A DNA stretch of 45,034 nucleotides from Coniocarpon cinnabarinum (Eukaryota): positions 1 to 45,034 of the forward strand of contig JAVECO010000181.1 of assembly GCA_051942205.1 (NCBI GenBank), in the 5' to 3' direction. This document shows, in pieces, positions 29,397 to 40,309 of the stretch (positions within the stretch are counted from its first letter, which is position 1; each line of letters starts with the position of its first letter). The position numbers and the translations under genes are program-made. The notes beneath the pieces are model-generated. The model was not told the origin of the DNA. It worked only from the letters and a program-made list of their open reading frames with translations, and ran no database searches.

Positions 29397-32300
29397 TCAG
29401 ATCATGATACCTCGTTCCCTTCGCTTCTGCATCTTCTCCTACATCCATTAGCATGTTTCACATTGACTCAAGAATACCAATGACTTACGCTCCATTCATT
29501 CCCCATGGCTGCGCTCGGTGCTCCCGCTGTACTCGGAGCGCCATAAGTCGCAGTCCCGTAAGCCTCTGGTCCCTCACCACCTGCAGCAGTCGCCGGCACT
29601 TCCAGAATCTCAGTCACGGTGACTGTAGCAGGGGGCGTGCAGGCGCAAGTGTAAGCGCACGCTGTTCAATATCAGCATCTCTCGCGAGTCATGCTTGCAG
29701 GCTCAGAAATGATTGGACTCACTCGTATTACTGGGCGCAGTGGGGAACGGCAAGCCAGTCCCATTTCGGTTCGGCCCATTGGGAATGGTAGGAGCACTGT
29801 ACGGTGGTGTCGTGATTCCCACACTTGTCGAGTTGATAGGCGTAGTCGGTGGTCCAGCTGTCGAGTTGTATGACGGCGTCGGTGTCGTGCTGTTAAGCGT
29901 GGGGGACGTCATCATAGTCGAGGGTCCAGTTCCAGAGGGCGCTGGAGCCGAAGTGTTGACGCCTGGTAGCGGTGTGACGCTTGTGATAGTAGTGACTGAT
30001 TCAGTGGAGTTGGCTGGTGTTGTGGTCGGTGTGGGGATGGAGTAATTGCCGGTGCGAGAGCCCTCATTGAAGCCTGGAGAGGTAGTTGGCGTTGAACTGT
30101 TCAACGGAGCGGTGACTGAACCCGTAGTGGTGTTGAGGGGAGCGGTGGCGGGGCCTGTCGAGTTCAGACTGGATGCCGTAGTAGGAGATGTACTGTTGAG
30201 GGGTGAAGTCACAGGACTAGTGCTGTTGGAGGGCGCAGTGGGACCGGCCGTAGGCGATGTGGCGTTCAAGGGACCACTGGGTGCAGGTGTTGTTTCAGAG
30301 AATCCACCAGTTCTCGGAGCGCTGTTAAATCCGGGAGAGCTCGTCGGCGTGGTGAGGTTGCCTGGACTAGTGACAGGACCAGTAGTATTTGAAGGTGTGG
30401 TTGAGCCTGGCGTTGTAGGAGCTGTCGTCGAAGAGTTGGCAACGGGTGCTGTGGTGTTCACACCAGGCGTGCCTGTGGGCGTGGAGCCAGCAGGTCCGGT
30501 AACAGGGCCAGTCGCGTTCAACAAGTTGGTAGTTCCTGTGACGGGAGTCGTGGACTCCGAATAGTTGCCGGTCCTGGGTGCGCTGTTGATGCCTGGCGAA
30601 GATGTTGGTCCAGTTGAGTTTGCTGGACTCGTCATCATCGGCGTTGTCGAGTTGAGTGCACCCGCAGTGGTTGAAACGGGACCAGTAGGCGCTGTTTCCC
30701 CCATTGACGTGGTGTTTAACGTAGGTGGTATCAGAGTCGTGACGGGGCTGGTGGCGGACGAGCTGTTCAGTGCTGGCGCAGTAGGGCCTGTGGTGAGGGG
30801 CGTGCTTTCAGGTTGAGATCCGGTCCTTGGAGCGCTGTTGAAGCCGGGGGAGCTGCTTGGGGGTGTAGTCGGCACACCAGTTGCGTTCGCGCTTGTGGCG
30901 GGCGTCGTAGCATTGAGGCTAGGCGTCGTTGAGGTTTCACTGGCTGGTGTAGTCTCCGAGGAGTTGTTGACTCCGGGTGCTGTCACGGGCGATGTTGTAG
31001 GTGTTAAGGACGGCCCAGTTGTTGAAGCAGTACCATTGATCGCCGGTGCTGTCGAATTCAAAGATGGTGTCCCACCACTTGCAGGCGCCGATGTTGTATC
31101 AGGGAAGCCTCCAGTTCGTGGCGAAGAGTTGAAGTTGGGTGAGCTCGTCGAAGATGTCGGTGAAGCTGGACTGGTTGTTGGGCCCGTGGCGTTCAAAGTG
31201 GGAGCGGTTGTATTCAGGCCACCGGTTGCCCCTGGAGTCGACTCTGTCGCAGGTGGAGTTGATCCAGGGCTTGTCGGTGGAGCAGCTGTGGTATCTGAAT
31301 AGTTGCCTGTTCTTGGCGCACTGTTGAAGGGTGGAGAGCCTGTCGTCTCGCTTGGAGCGCCCGGGGTAGTCGTTGGGACTTGGTACGTCGATGGAAGTGG
31401 CAGAATAGGTGTCGGCGACGTCGAGTTCAGCGGTCCCGTGGACTCACTTGTTGGGCCGATTATGGGTGAGGTAGTGCTATTCAGCGGAACAGGGGACGTC
31501 GAGTTTGCGCCGCTGCCTTGCGTAGTAGGAGAGCCGAGGGAGCTCGGAATGGGAGACTCTAGTGTCGATGTAACGGGTCCCGTGCTTGAGCTCGGAACAG
31601 ACGTCGATGGTGTGAAGCCCCGACTGCCGGTGTCGAAAGTCGGTGTGAAGGGAGATGTCGTTGGCAGCGATGTTGAAGGCGTCGTGGTCCCGTTACCAAT
31701 ACCCCCGCCAATAATTGGCGTCGACGCCCCTCCGGAAGCACCACCAGCGGAGCTCAGCAAAGTGGTATTGCTGCTCGGTGCTGGAGTCACAGAAGGGAGA
31801 CTCGATGACTGAGGTGGAGAGGGCGTTGAAGATGGGGTTGGAGCGGTCGCGTTGCCCATTCCGCCTCCAATGATAGGAGTCGATGCACCACCGGCGGCAC
31901 CCCCAGAGGAGCTTGGAGTAGCGCCGCCATTACCCCCTTCGCCGCCTCCAGCTGCGCCACCGCCGTTGACTATCGTCGTCGTCTCTGAGACGATTTGAGT
32001 GTACGTGGTGGTCGCCTGAACGATCACGGTGGTCGAGGCTGAGTAGCTCGTGGACCAGGATGAAGCATAACTTGTGGTGAAAGGGTCACCAGTTTCCGTT
32101 GCACTAGAAGCCGTACTTACCGGAGCGCCGCTGGCGGACGCGGATGACAGGGCTGCCGTGGAATTGGTGCCATTGGTATCGCCGCCAGCCATTGTGCCGT
32201 TTGCACTGTACGCAGCGGACCGGCTGAGCATCCATGCCGTCCAGTATCCGTACATGTACACGGAAGAGTAGTTGGCCATGGCCGAAATCTCGCAAACCGT

Positions 32301-33924
32301 CTCAATGCTGTTCCACGTGGCGCCGGTGCATACGATGGAAGGCCCACCGTTAGCTTGAGCACAAGTGCTTTCACAAGACTCCGGGCTATCAGCTGGGACT
32401 GTTGTCATGGCGGTGTCGTTAAGCATCATGTCACAGAGGATAATGAAGTCGGATTTCCATCCGTCGTAGACAACACTTTGTGTGGTTCCGTTATCTTGGG
32501 GGCAACTCCAGTCACCAGCCACAGCTTGCGTGCTTCCTGCTGTTCCGGCAGATCCTGGCGTAGCTGTCGCCGCTGTGTCGGTGTCTGTCGATGTGGTGGC
32601 GGTTGAACTGCTTGTACTGGAGGCAGTCTCCGATGATGAAGCAAAGCCGGTGCCTGCGGCGCCACCGCTTTCCCACGTGCTGGACCAACTCTCGCCCGGT
32701 AGAGTGCTGGTCCAAGCGGTGCTGAAATCCTGTGGAGCCTCCCGGTGAGCAGTCAATGGTCCCGGTGCTGGGGGTGGGTTATTCAGAACAAGGGCGTTCG
32801 AGCCACTTGCTAACACTGGCGTTGGGGGTTGCACAACGCCATCTGGATTGGGAAACGCTTTGAGGTAGCAGAGACCAGATGCAGAATCATACACAACTCC
32901 GTTACACACGTCAATTCCGATCGGCTGATTGTACAGAGCGCAAACATCGCCGCACGCTCGGAGGTCCGACGCAGGTCCTTGCTCCAGATCACCACCAGGA
33001 TAATTCGTACCGCAGTGGACAGTGTATTGGTCCGTCCCGCTCGTGTATGACGTGCCCCCAGGGCAAAGAGCAGTTGCGGGTGGACTTGGAGCAGCACTTG
33101 ATACCGCAAGCGAAGTCTGAATGGTTGTGAATGAGTCTGTCACCGTCAAAATCTGGTTCAAAGTGCTGGTAACTGTTGCAGCAACTGTGGTTTGTGCCAG
33201 AACTTCTTCTGTCACCGTGACAAGCTGTAAAAATTTCAGCAAATAGTATGACCTAACCGAGTTCATGACCACTCCGTCACTCACTACTGGGTTGTTGATG
33301 TCTGTTGTTGTCAAAGAATGGACGTCGGCTGGGATGTGAATACAGTAGCAGACGCTGGAGACTGATGAAGCCACCGCTGATGGGTTTGCCAGCGAAACAG
33401 GCAGTTGCCGAGGCTCCAGCCCTGGTGCCTCCGTCACTTCTGGCGCTCGTTTATCTTTCCTAAATCCAATAGTCACAGATGTTGAAGTGGTTGTTGCCAC
33501 GATTGTTTGGATGTTTGACAGTGTGGATGTGACCGTGGTGACTGGAAACACAGTGCTGTCTTGGATCAACGGATAATCTATACAAGAGTTTCTGCACTTA
33601 GGCTTACGAAGTTGGGAGGACAGTGCTGATGACTGTTGTCTGTGGTGCTCCAACAATACTTGAACACCACCCAGTCCAGTACGGCTGAGTCTGAGCTACA
33701 GATAGAAGCTGATCCTGCCGGCAATGTGCCCCGGCGATTTGCCGCTTCTCAAGGACGTTTGGATCACCGTCATCCTTGTATGTATTGTAATCTTGCACGA
33801 TTTCTTCAGGGATGATGATCCCATTCAACATGAATTCATTTTGAGCGTTGCGCTCAGCCAGGGCGCAAAGGGGGAGAACGAAGGGCAAGAGGGATAAGAC
33901 CCTCGAAGCGAGAGTGGCCGCCAT
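29397..33924 (-). CDS. Large secreted Ser/Thr/Pro-rich mucin-like glycoprotein with two Cys-containing PAN/apple-like modules, ~1434 aa; exons 33924-33608, 33555-33285, 33224-29723, 29661-29489, 29438-29397
   Basis: Signal peptide; EKRQ and KDKR sites; modules C..YTVHCGTNYPGGDL...C..C...C.GVVY....CYLK and C...FIILC...C...C...C.GATW....C; ~700-aa S/T/P tract with many NxS/T sequons. Four introns with consistent phases; intron 2 (60 nt) is in frame. Confidence 0.85.
30040..31645 (-). repeat. Coding repeats with core SPxFNSAPRTG, 6 clear copies plus 1 degenerate
   Basis: Cores at about 30050, 30310, 30570, 30820, 31110, 31310 and (degenerate) 31620. Confidence 0.9.
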
Positions 33925-34564
33925 TGTGGTGCAAGTCCAGCAGCGAAGCCAGACTCCGCGACTGCTGTCAACGCCAACTACTTACCGAGTTCTGAGGGGA
34001 AAGTGCACGAGGAAAACAAGAGAACATCAAACTTAAGAAACAAGTTGGCTGCAAGACATGGCAGGCCTGGCAAATTCTTCCCAGCCAAGCCAGCAAGCCT
34101 CGCTTCTCTTGTGCGTATGGTCAACGATTCGCAAGAAAACAACATGCGCCCGTTGCGGGGTCAGCAAGGTGAGGAAGATCTTACGCGGTTTGGTAATGAC
34201 GAGACGCAAGTGAAGGGTGAAGAGAGTTTTCATTGGTTGATCAAGACTTGAAAATTCCTGTGTCTAGGTCGATGGAATGCTTCAATACGCGAAGATACAT
34301 TCTCAGGCGTCTCTTGGCCTTTGGATGCGAGGCGACTCCAGGACAGCAACGGATTTCCAACAAATATTCAGACACAAGGAGTCATATTCAGCGACGCGAT
34401 TTTTCTGCTCTTTCCTGTTTCTTAACATAGTGGAATGATAGACAATCAAAGACTTACTTTTAGACCAACAGCGGATGCCTTTGCGCCCAAAAAGTGCGTG
34501 ATCTGACGATGTCGGTGCTCCTAGCCATTGGTAAGCTTGAAACGTGCCGCATCACAGCTCATCT

Positions 34565-35250
34565 TCAGCTGCCAAATGGCGTTAGACAGTCCCGCTCGCT
34601 TTGTGAGGACAACAGGGATGCCTCATGCTGGCGATAAGATGATGTTACCACTGACTCATTGACCAATGATTCATCCCACTGGCCCGTCACAAGCTTGATA
34701 TCGGACGTTAAGACCATCAAGGACACCAACATCAAGGTTTCGGCCGTAGCAAAGAATCTCTCCGGACGCAGCGAGGAACCGCCGCCGAAGGCACGATAAG
34801 ATGTAGGATTGATCTTAGCCTCTCCTTTTTGAAAAGGGACAAACCTTTCAGGATCCACAGATGTTGCTGAGTTGCTCCGGAGGCTGAGTCTACGGTGCAA
34901 CACCGGTGCCGGCATTTGGACAATGTTGCCCTTCTTCGACATGTACTTGCCAGCTCGCATCGTGTCCTCTTCCACGAAGCGAAAGACTGCAGAAGTGGTG
35001 CGGATTCGACTCAGCTCTTGAATGATGGACAGCAAGAGGGTAGCCTGGCTACGAAGGCTCGAGACGTCGAGCGTGAAGGTCGCCCTTTCCGCCCTGCACC
35101 AGACCTCGAAGCTCATCGCCCCAGGTCCAAAAAGGTCGGGGCTGCTACATGTAAAAGATCATCCAGAATGTTTTGGGGATGACATTGCCCGTAATGTCAA
35201 ACGCCAAGAATGGTACTTGCCAGACCGTCATTCGCCAGCCATGATTACAG
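34565..35250 (-). pseudogene. Cytochrome P450 (group IV/CYP7-like) relic, 5'-truncated
   Basis: I-helix remnant NVIPKTFWMIFYM* (35186-35145, in a different frame and ending in a stop), ExxR (QELSR), DPERF, and heme motif FGGGSSLRPERFFA with the invariant Cys replaced by Arg. Confidence 0.85.
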
Positions 35251-36145
35251 GTTGATGCGTTGCTGCTCCTCAGAATAGAATAGGAGCATATCAACACTGT
35301 GAGCGACATCAACCACCATGCCGGCTTTCACGGTGTCCAGACATCATATCCGATTGGGGTAGCTTCAGGATTGCCCGCAACCACCATAGGCGGCGCCGTA
35401 GGCTTGTTGTTCTCAGAAGCGTCATCGCCTACATGGACGCTGCGCGCGAAATGATTCATAAGTGGCGCAGCAGAGGCCGTCCAGGGCAGCTGCTGGACGG
35501 TAGCATTGAGCTTAAGGGGCTTGACGATGTAGGTCTTTGGATGCTGTCGTCGAAGACGCGAGTAGTAAGAGCCGCTATAGCGCGCTGTAGCGGATAACGC
35601 GCAGAACGTGCCCAATCAAGGGCACTCGAGGTCGCACCAATGGCGGTTGTCTGTCGAGCATCTTGCCGCAGCCTCCAACCAAGGCGAGGGCTGGAATGGC
35701 CAAGACGAGCGTTGACGATTCCATCACACAAGCTGCGATTCGTCAGCACGGGACGTCGGCACTCGGAGCTCAACGCAGCTCCGGGCGGCGATGAACAAGG
35801 ATAGGAAGTGTCACGCATTCCCCGCACTCCCGAGTCAACGACACCCGGGGTCAGACCGTCACACCGAGCCAATCAGCTCTCTTCACGGCTAACCATCACC
35901 GGGATCCTGGGCCTTACCCGCCGGCTCCGCGCTTAACAGCTTAACACCGCGTCTGATGACTGCAGCAATCCGCCGCCACTCATTGACCAACCTGTAGGCG
36001 ACCTGTGCAACCTCACCTGCACTCTCATCCTCTCACCAATCCCCTCAGTCGGTCGGGCGCAGCGCCTGAGCCCAAGTCCAAACCCCATCCAAGCCCAAGT
36101 CCAAGTCAACGGTCGCATTGGCCCCTCCATGCCGTCAATGTCCCC

Positions 36146-36869
36146 ATGGGCGCCTGCTCTTCCTGTCTCAACCCCAACCGCCACGATGAAGCCGACGACT
36201 CCTCAGCGCAGGGCCCCGATCGCGAGCGCGAACCGCTGCTAAGTGGCAACGAGGGCAGTGCACGCCACGGCGTCGATGCCATCCCGCCTGAGATCGCAGC
36301 CGCAAGGGGCGCGGTCGTCCCCTTGGACCCAGAGGCCCAGAAGCGAGAGAGGGGGGAAATGGTCAGGATTTGTCAGGGGTTGGCGGGGTATGTGGACTGG
36401 AGAATGTCGTCTCCCGGCGGGTCCGGGCATCTGGCTGGAATGCGGGCTAATGCTTACTCCTAGGCATCTGATGGATGTATCTGGGCCGTCGAAGCGGTCT
36501 TCAACTAAGCGTCAGGTCGAGGGTGCTGCTACATCCAAGGCGTCTCCTACACAACCTCCGGATCCTGATTTCTCTACACTGTTTGATGCCACTTTTGTCT
36601 ATCCGGCGTGGATGGGGACGCCGCCTGATCGGAAAAACATGTTGCATACTAGGGATGATGCAATTCCCACTGTTGAAGAGAACGTAGAGGAATCATCGGA
36701 CGCAGCCAAAGACCTTGAACAGCCTCTCGAAGAAGAGCAAGCCAATCTCGTCGCTCAGAAGAAATGGCTACAAGACATCTTCGACGCTGACCCCGTCGAG
36801 CGTCGCTGGGACTGGACTGCTGTCCGAGATATCGACGGGCCTCTAGCCGTGTCATTCGACGACTTCTAG
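36146..36869 (+). CDS. Ego1/Meh1/LAMTOR1-like vacuolar-membrane anchor, 215 aa; exons 36146-36387 and 36464-36869
   Basis: N-terminal MGACSSCL (myristoylation plus palmitoylation), acidic dileucine EREPLL, helix QKRERGEMVRIC...HLMDV, C-terminal GPLAVSF. Intron GTATGT...GCTAAT...CTAG, phase 2. Confidence 0.75.
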
Positions 36870-37288
36870 CCATTGCGCAATTTCATGTGTAGCATAAAAG
36901 CATTGGGAGGCCGTCTCTATCACTTGTATTATAATGCGCTGTTTATTCAACCTCGAAGAAGCATGGTCAGGAGCAGGATGATGGAGGGCTCGGGAATTAT
37001 GATAGAGTCTTCAGTTCTACGTGTACTTTAATTATACTACTGTACGTCTCGATGCTCAGACTTGCCAGGAATGAAACGAGTGACATGGCGACCAGCTCAT
37101 GAGCTCCCAGACCTGTGACGTGCCGTGATGAAGCTATGAAATTCTTCTGTGGAGAAAGTCATCCAACACAGACCAAATGAGCACAAAGCCGGTTCGGGCG
37201 GCAGTAATTCCCAAATGGCGTCTCGGCCGTCGTCAGGTTTAAACAAAGGAAATATAAACTGCGCCTGTTGCGCTCCCCTTATCATTGA

Positions 37289-37710
37289 TCATTGAGCCTC
37301 ACTCAGACTTCTCGTACGAGGCGCAACGTTCTCTTCATTCAGACGATGGCGCTCATAAGACACCGGATGTACAGGCTGACCCGGGATATAGCCAGAAGAA
37401 TATGGGCGGAGGCCCAGCGGATACGAGCGGGTTCGACGTCCAGCACTGAACGGGATCTGGGGTGAGTTGGGGAACTGGGGTGAATTGGGGAACGTCCCAG
37501 TTATCCCGCGCATTTGAGGATTCACGTTTGGAGGCGGCAGTTGACGACCGTCACGGTAAACAAGCTGCTGCCTCTGGCTTTGGAAGTGGAACTCTTGCTC
37601 GCCAGTAGTTGCTGACTCAGAGACTTGATTGATGAGGAATTGAATTGATGGCAGTCTCACTCCGTTTCCTTGCTGTGGTTGCGCAGGAGCCTGCTGAGGT
37701 GCCGTTTGCG

Positions 37711-37742
<32 letters not shown>

Positions 37743-40309
37743 TGAGGAGTCTGCTGGACTGCGGTCTGAGACGCTGCTTGAGGAACCTGCTGGACTGCCG
37801 TCTGAGACGCCGCTTGAGGAACCTGCTGGACCACCATCTGTGGCGTCGGCTGGCTCGCCGCCTGCAGAGCCTGCTGAACACCCGCCCGGGGCGCTGTCTG
37901 AGGAACCTGCTGAACCCCCACCCGGGGTGCTGTCTGAGGAACCTGCTGTACTGCCGCTGGGGACGCCGCCTGCGGAGCCTGCTTAGGAATCGGCTGAGTC
38001 GCCGTTCGTGGTGCCGTCTGGGGAGTCTGCTGAGTCGCCGTTCGGGATGCGGTCTGAGGAGCCTGCTGAACCGCTGTTTGGGTCGCCCTCTGAGGAGCCT
38101 GCTGAACTCGTGTCCCGGGCGCGGTTTGAGGAGCCCGCTGAGCCGCCGTTCCGGGTGCTGTCTGAGGCGCCGTCCGAGAGTCCTGCTGAGAAGCCGTTTG
38201 GTTCGCCGTTTGGTTCGCCGTCTGAGGCGCCGTCTTAGGACCCTGCTGAACTGCCGTCCGGGACGCCGTTTGAGAAGCCTGCTGAGATCCCCGCGGTGGT
38301 GCCGACTGAGGAGGCAGCAGTCCCCTCTCCTGAAGAGGCTTCATTTGCTGAAAGCGGGGAAGCTGGGCGAGGTGAGAATTGCCGAAATCGGAACGCGCCC
38401 TACATTCCAACGCCGTTGGCCCATACGGTCGAGGATTCAGAGGCTGACCTTGAAGGCATGGAGGCTTGAATATTATAGGAATGCGAGTCCCTGGAATCAC
38501 TGAAGGTCTTGACTGCGCAGGTATTGCCTGCGCAGTCGTATGCGTTTGCTGTGCGGCCCGACCCATGTTAGCAAGTCCTTCGATTGCTGTCGCCCGCAAC
38601 TGTGAAGCCTGCGTCGGCTGGCTCTGTGCAGTCCGCGCTGCCTGCTGCTGAGGAGCTGCCTGTTGCTGAGGAGCTGCCTGTTGTTGAGGAGCTGCCTGTT
38701 GCTGAGGATTTTGCCTCATCCGCTGCTGGAGCAATTGCTCTACCCAGATCGAAGCAGGTTGACTGGAGTAGTGGGCTCCACTACAGTTGACATCCCTATT
38801 TGGACCATTCTCCCTCTGATGGACCTCGTGCTCCCACGAATGGATGACCGCATTAAGTTGCCCGAGCAGCAATTCCGGATACTGACGCGGCCCATGGATT
38901 TCAAACTGCTTCAAAAGTGACTCGATCTGTCGAGTAATAGAAGCTGAAATATCCACCATGTAATGATACTGCCATGTTGATGGGTCATTTCTTTCGGGTC
39001 CAAAGACTGACGCGGAGGTATTAACAGGACGTGAAGAATTTGGTGGAGGGGCCTGGTTCGCGCGACCTTGTGGACGTGTAGCGAATTGACCGGCGGGTGG
39101 AATCGCCCTGTTGTTCGGCTGACTATGTTCCGAACTGGTTACTCTGGACTGATTGGGCTGCGCTGTGGTACCTCCCGTCTGAATGGGCTGCGAGGTGGTA
39201 CTTTCAGGCTGACTAGGCTGCGAAGTAGTACCCTTAGGCTGATTGCCCGCCGAAGTCGTCTCACGAGGCTGACGGCCTTCTGCATTGGCATCTTTTGGCT
39301 GACTCTGCTGCGAAATAGTACCTCTAGCCTGATTGCCCGCCAAGGTAGTCTCACGCGGCTGACGGCATTCTGAGTTGGCATCTTCCGGGTGACTAGGTTG
39401 CAAAGTGGTACCTTTAGGCTGATTGCCCATCGAAGTGGCCTCACGGGGCTGACGGCGTTCCGAAGTGGTGTCTTTGACCTGGTTTGGTTTCGAAGTGATT
39501 TTCTTGGATTGATTGCCTCCCGAGGGAGTAGTCTTTGACAGTTTACCTACAGAGGTGGTATTCTCGTTCTGATCGACCTCGGACACCGTGTCTTCGCGCC
39601 GATCCCTTTCTTCTGCGGCAATATTTTCAGGTTGGTCGCTTTCTGATGGGTTGTCCAGTGGCGCACTGAGTTCCGAAGTGGAGGACTTATCTTGGTCGGT
39701 CTCGATATCTTTGTCATCGGACGTCGTGTCAGTCAGACGCTTGCGTCTCTTCTGGCGATGCCGGTAACTAGCGTCATTATGGGCTTCGCTATCATTGTCG
39801 TCGGCCTTGTTGGAGTCGGTCTCAGTGTCAGAAATCACCTTGGAACGCCTTTTGCGCTGAGCTTGCCTGCTTTTACCAGGCGCGACGCCTTTCTTGGTCG
39901 AGGCAGCTGCCACGTTCTGGCCCGTAGGAGTTGAGAGGGTGTTACCAGTGAAAGCTTTGACAGCTTCAGGATTATTTTCAAGCTTTTTCGAGAGCTTCCG
40001 ACACTCTGGGCATCGCTTGACATGAGCCACGAGTAGGTTGTTTCCGTCCGCATCTTTTGGGCCGGTGGACTCGCATTTCCAACAGATGCTGTATTTGCAA
40101 GCATGTGAAACTTTTATTGGGTTCTGATCGTTTTTATTACTGCAACGTGTTAGCAAGGACATTCTTTCTTTATGGCATTGCAAGATCTACCCTTTTTTCT
40201 CGCAATGATCACATTTTGCCGTGTGCAGATTTTGACGTCCCCATAATTTTGTATGTGTGTATCCTGGAGGATCGGGATACTCCTTCGGCATTCTCTCCTT
40301 CCGGGGCAT
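37289..40309 (-). CDS. Cys/His Zn-finger plus Gln/Thr/Pro-repeat low-complexity protein, ~989 aa; exons 40309-40191 and 40139-37289
   Basis: Exon 1 MPRKERMP...HTAKCDHCEKK; a 51-nt intron GTAGAT...GCTAAC...GCAG; then HACKYSICWKC...HVKRCPEC. NLS-like RKRRSK and QKRRKR; long repeat tracts. Confidence 0.78.
37690..38290 (-). repeat. 36-bp coding repeats (QQAPQTAxxTAx) with a (GAC)n poly-Thr microsatellite near 37712-37742
   Basis: Directly visible periodicity in the DNA and in the translation. Confidence 0.9.
38638..38708 (-). repeat. 18-bp coding repeat (QQQAAP) x ~4
   Basis: Tandem ctgctgaggagctgcctg-type units. Confidence 0.9.
39120..39530 (-). repeat. 90-bp (30-aa) coding repeats built from 10-aa subunits
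   Basis: QPREATSMGNQPKGTTLQPSHPEDANSECR / QPRETTLAGNQARGTISQQSQPKDANAEGR / QPRETTSAGNQPKGTTSQPSQPESTTSQPI. Confidence 0.85.

Noticed and set aside
29713..31812. Series of Val/Gly-rich + strand ORFs resembling a repeated gene family
   Set aside because: Antisense shadows of the Thr/Pro-rich mucin repeats.
35328..35872. ORFs upstream of the P450 relic as its missing N-terminus
   Set aside because: No TM anchor, PPGP hinge followed by P450 sequence, or other recognisable P450 motifs.
37645..38503. Arg/Leu-rich and EEPAE-repeat + strand ORFs
   Set aside because: Antisense frames of the Gln-rich coding repeats.
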